Positions 63,462 through 64,000 of a DNA stretch of 64,000 bases are shown one piece after another. The position numbers and the translations under genes are program-made. A model generated the notes under the pieces. It did not search any database. It worked only from the letters and a program-made list of their open reading frames with translations, and was not told the DNA's origin. Numbering within the stretch: the first letter of the stretch is position 1; every line of letters starts with the position of its first letter. The stretch comes from Octopus sinensis (lineage: Eukaryota), in NCBI RefSeq assembly GCF_006345805.1, contig NW_021833059.1, positions 186,001 through 250,000 on the forward strand, in the 5' to 3' direction.

Positions 63462-64000
63462 TTTTTTTTTTTTTAAGTTAATTTATACAACAAGACAAAA
63501 TTACAGATAGCTATTAGTTAAAGGCCTCACGAGACACCGACCAGCCGCGCGAATGGCGAAGACGTTCCCTCGGATCACAGCAATCGACAGACGTTCCAGG
63601 AGCCAAGAAAACTCTCTTGGATCGTGACTAGTCCTTGAAATCCGTCGACCGAGCGAGCGAAGGAAGCGGAGTGTCTTGGGACCGAAGATCCCGGAGGACT
63701 CCAAGGCAATTGGAGTAAAGAGCAGCGAGTTGGACAGGTGGCCGTACTTGAGAATCTTTCGCTCCTCGCCCTGCCTGGAAGCGTGCCCAGGATTGCGGCG
63801 GACAGCGCGAGATTTCCCAGCGAGAACGTGTCCGAGCAGGTAGAATCCCAAATAAGGGATTTCCCCTGCTCGTAGGGGAAGGTGGACATGCCGTCAGGGC
63901 GTTTGCCATCCCCTCTATCCAATCCAACAGGTTCAAGGATAGACGGGATGCCTGCTGAGGCGAGGGCTCTCTGTACGACTGAGTTGAGTTCACTGTGACG
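63462..64000 (-). mobile_element. CRE-like retrotransposon 3' end with poly(A); continues beyond the window
   Basis: LEPVGLDRGDGKRPDGMSTFPYEQGKSLIWDSTCSDT; FTPIALESSG; LLERLSIAVIRGN; T13 run at 63462-63474. Confidence 0.9.

Overview
AT-rich eukaryotic nuclear DNA from a strongly reduced animal. The evidence is a metazoan-type SCD, U4 snRNA, beta-tubulin and CSE1, with GT-AG spliceosomal introns almost all 22-31 nt long. That intron size is most reminiscent of dicyemid mesozoans; this is inference, and myxozoans or orthonectids are not excluded. About 16 host genes sit in compact 1-3.5 kb islands bounded by nearly G/C-free tracts: a GLEBS-motif Nup98-like gene, beta-tubulin, SLC7 cationic amino-acid transporter, divergent 14-3-3, SCD, histone H1, CSE1/exportin-2, MRPS12, MRPL33, ELOF1, a saposin-like protein, a decaying IMPDH, SmD3, MRPS7, OXLD1 and RPL35A, plus U4 snRNA and one 5S rRNA gene. 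The rest is a dense, nested transposon landscape: Merlin, hAT/Buster, Ginger-like, Tigger, Tc1, CRE-like and R4-like RLE retroelements, and RTE-X and Jockey-like LINEs. Highlights: (1) an intact Merlin element (perfect 34-bp TIRs, 8-bp TSD) whose 309-aa transposase is split by five host-style micro-introns and which sits in the GLEBS exon of the Nup98-like gene; a second Merlin family shares two of the intron positions; (2) micro-introns in Ginger-like and hAT transposases too; (3) a hAT element inside a 23-nt IMPDH intron; (4) a repeated A/C-rich to G/T-rich strand-skew inversion across each gene island, independent of gene orientation; (5) operon-like 70-85 nt gene spacing with candidate trans-splice acceptors. 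All identifications are by manual translation and motif recall, not database search. Boundaries of degenerate remnants are approximate (tens of nt). Single-base deletions in homopolymers of essential genes indicate consensus errors, so pseudogene calls resting on frameshifts alone are unsafe.
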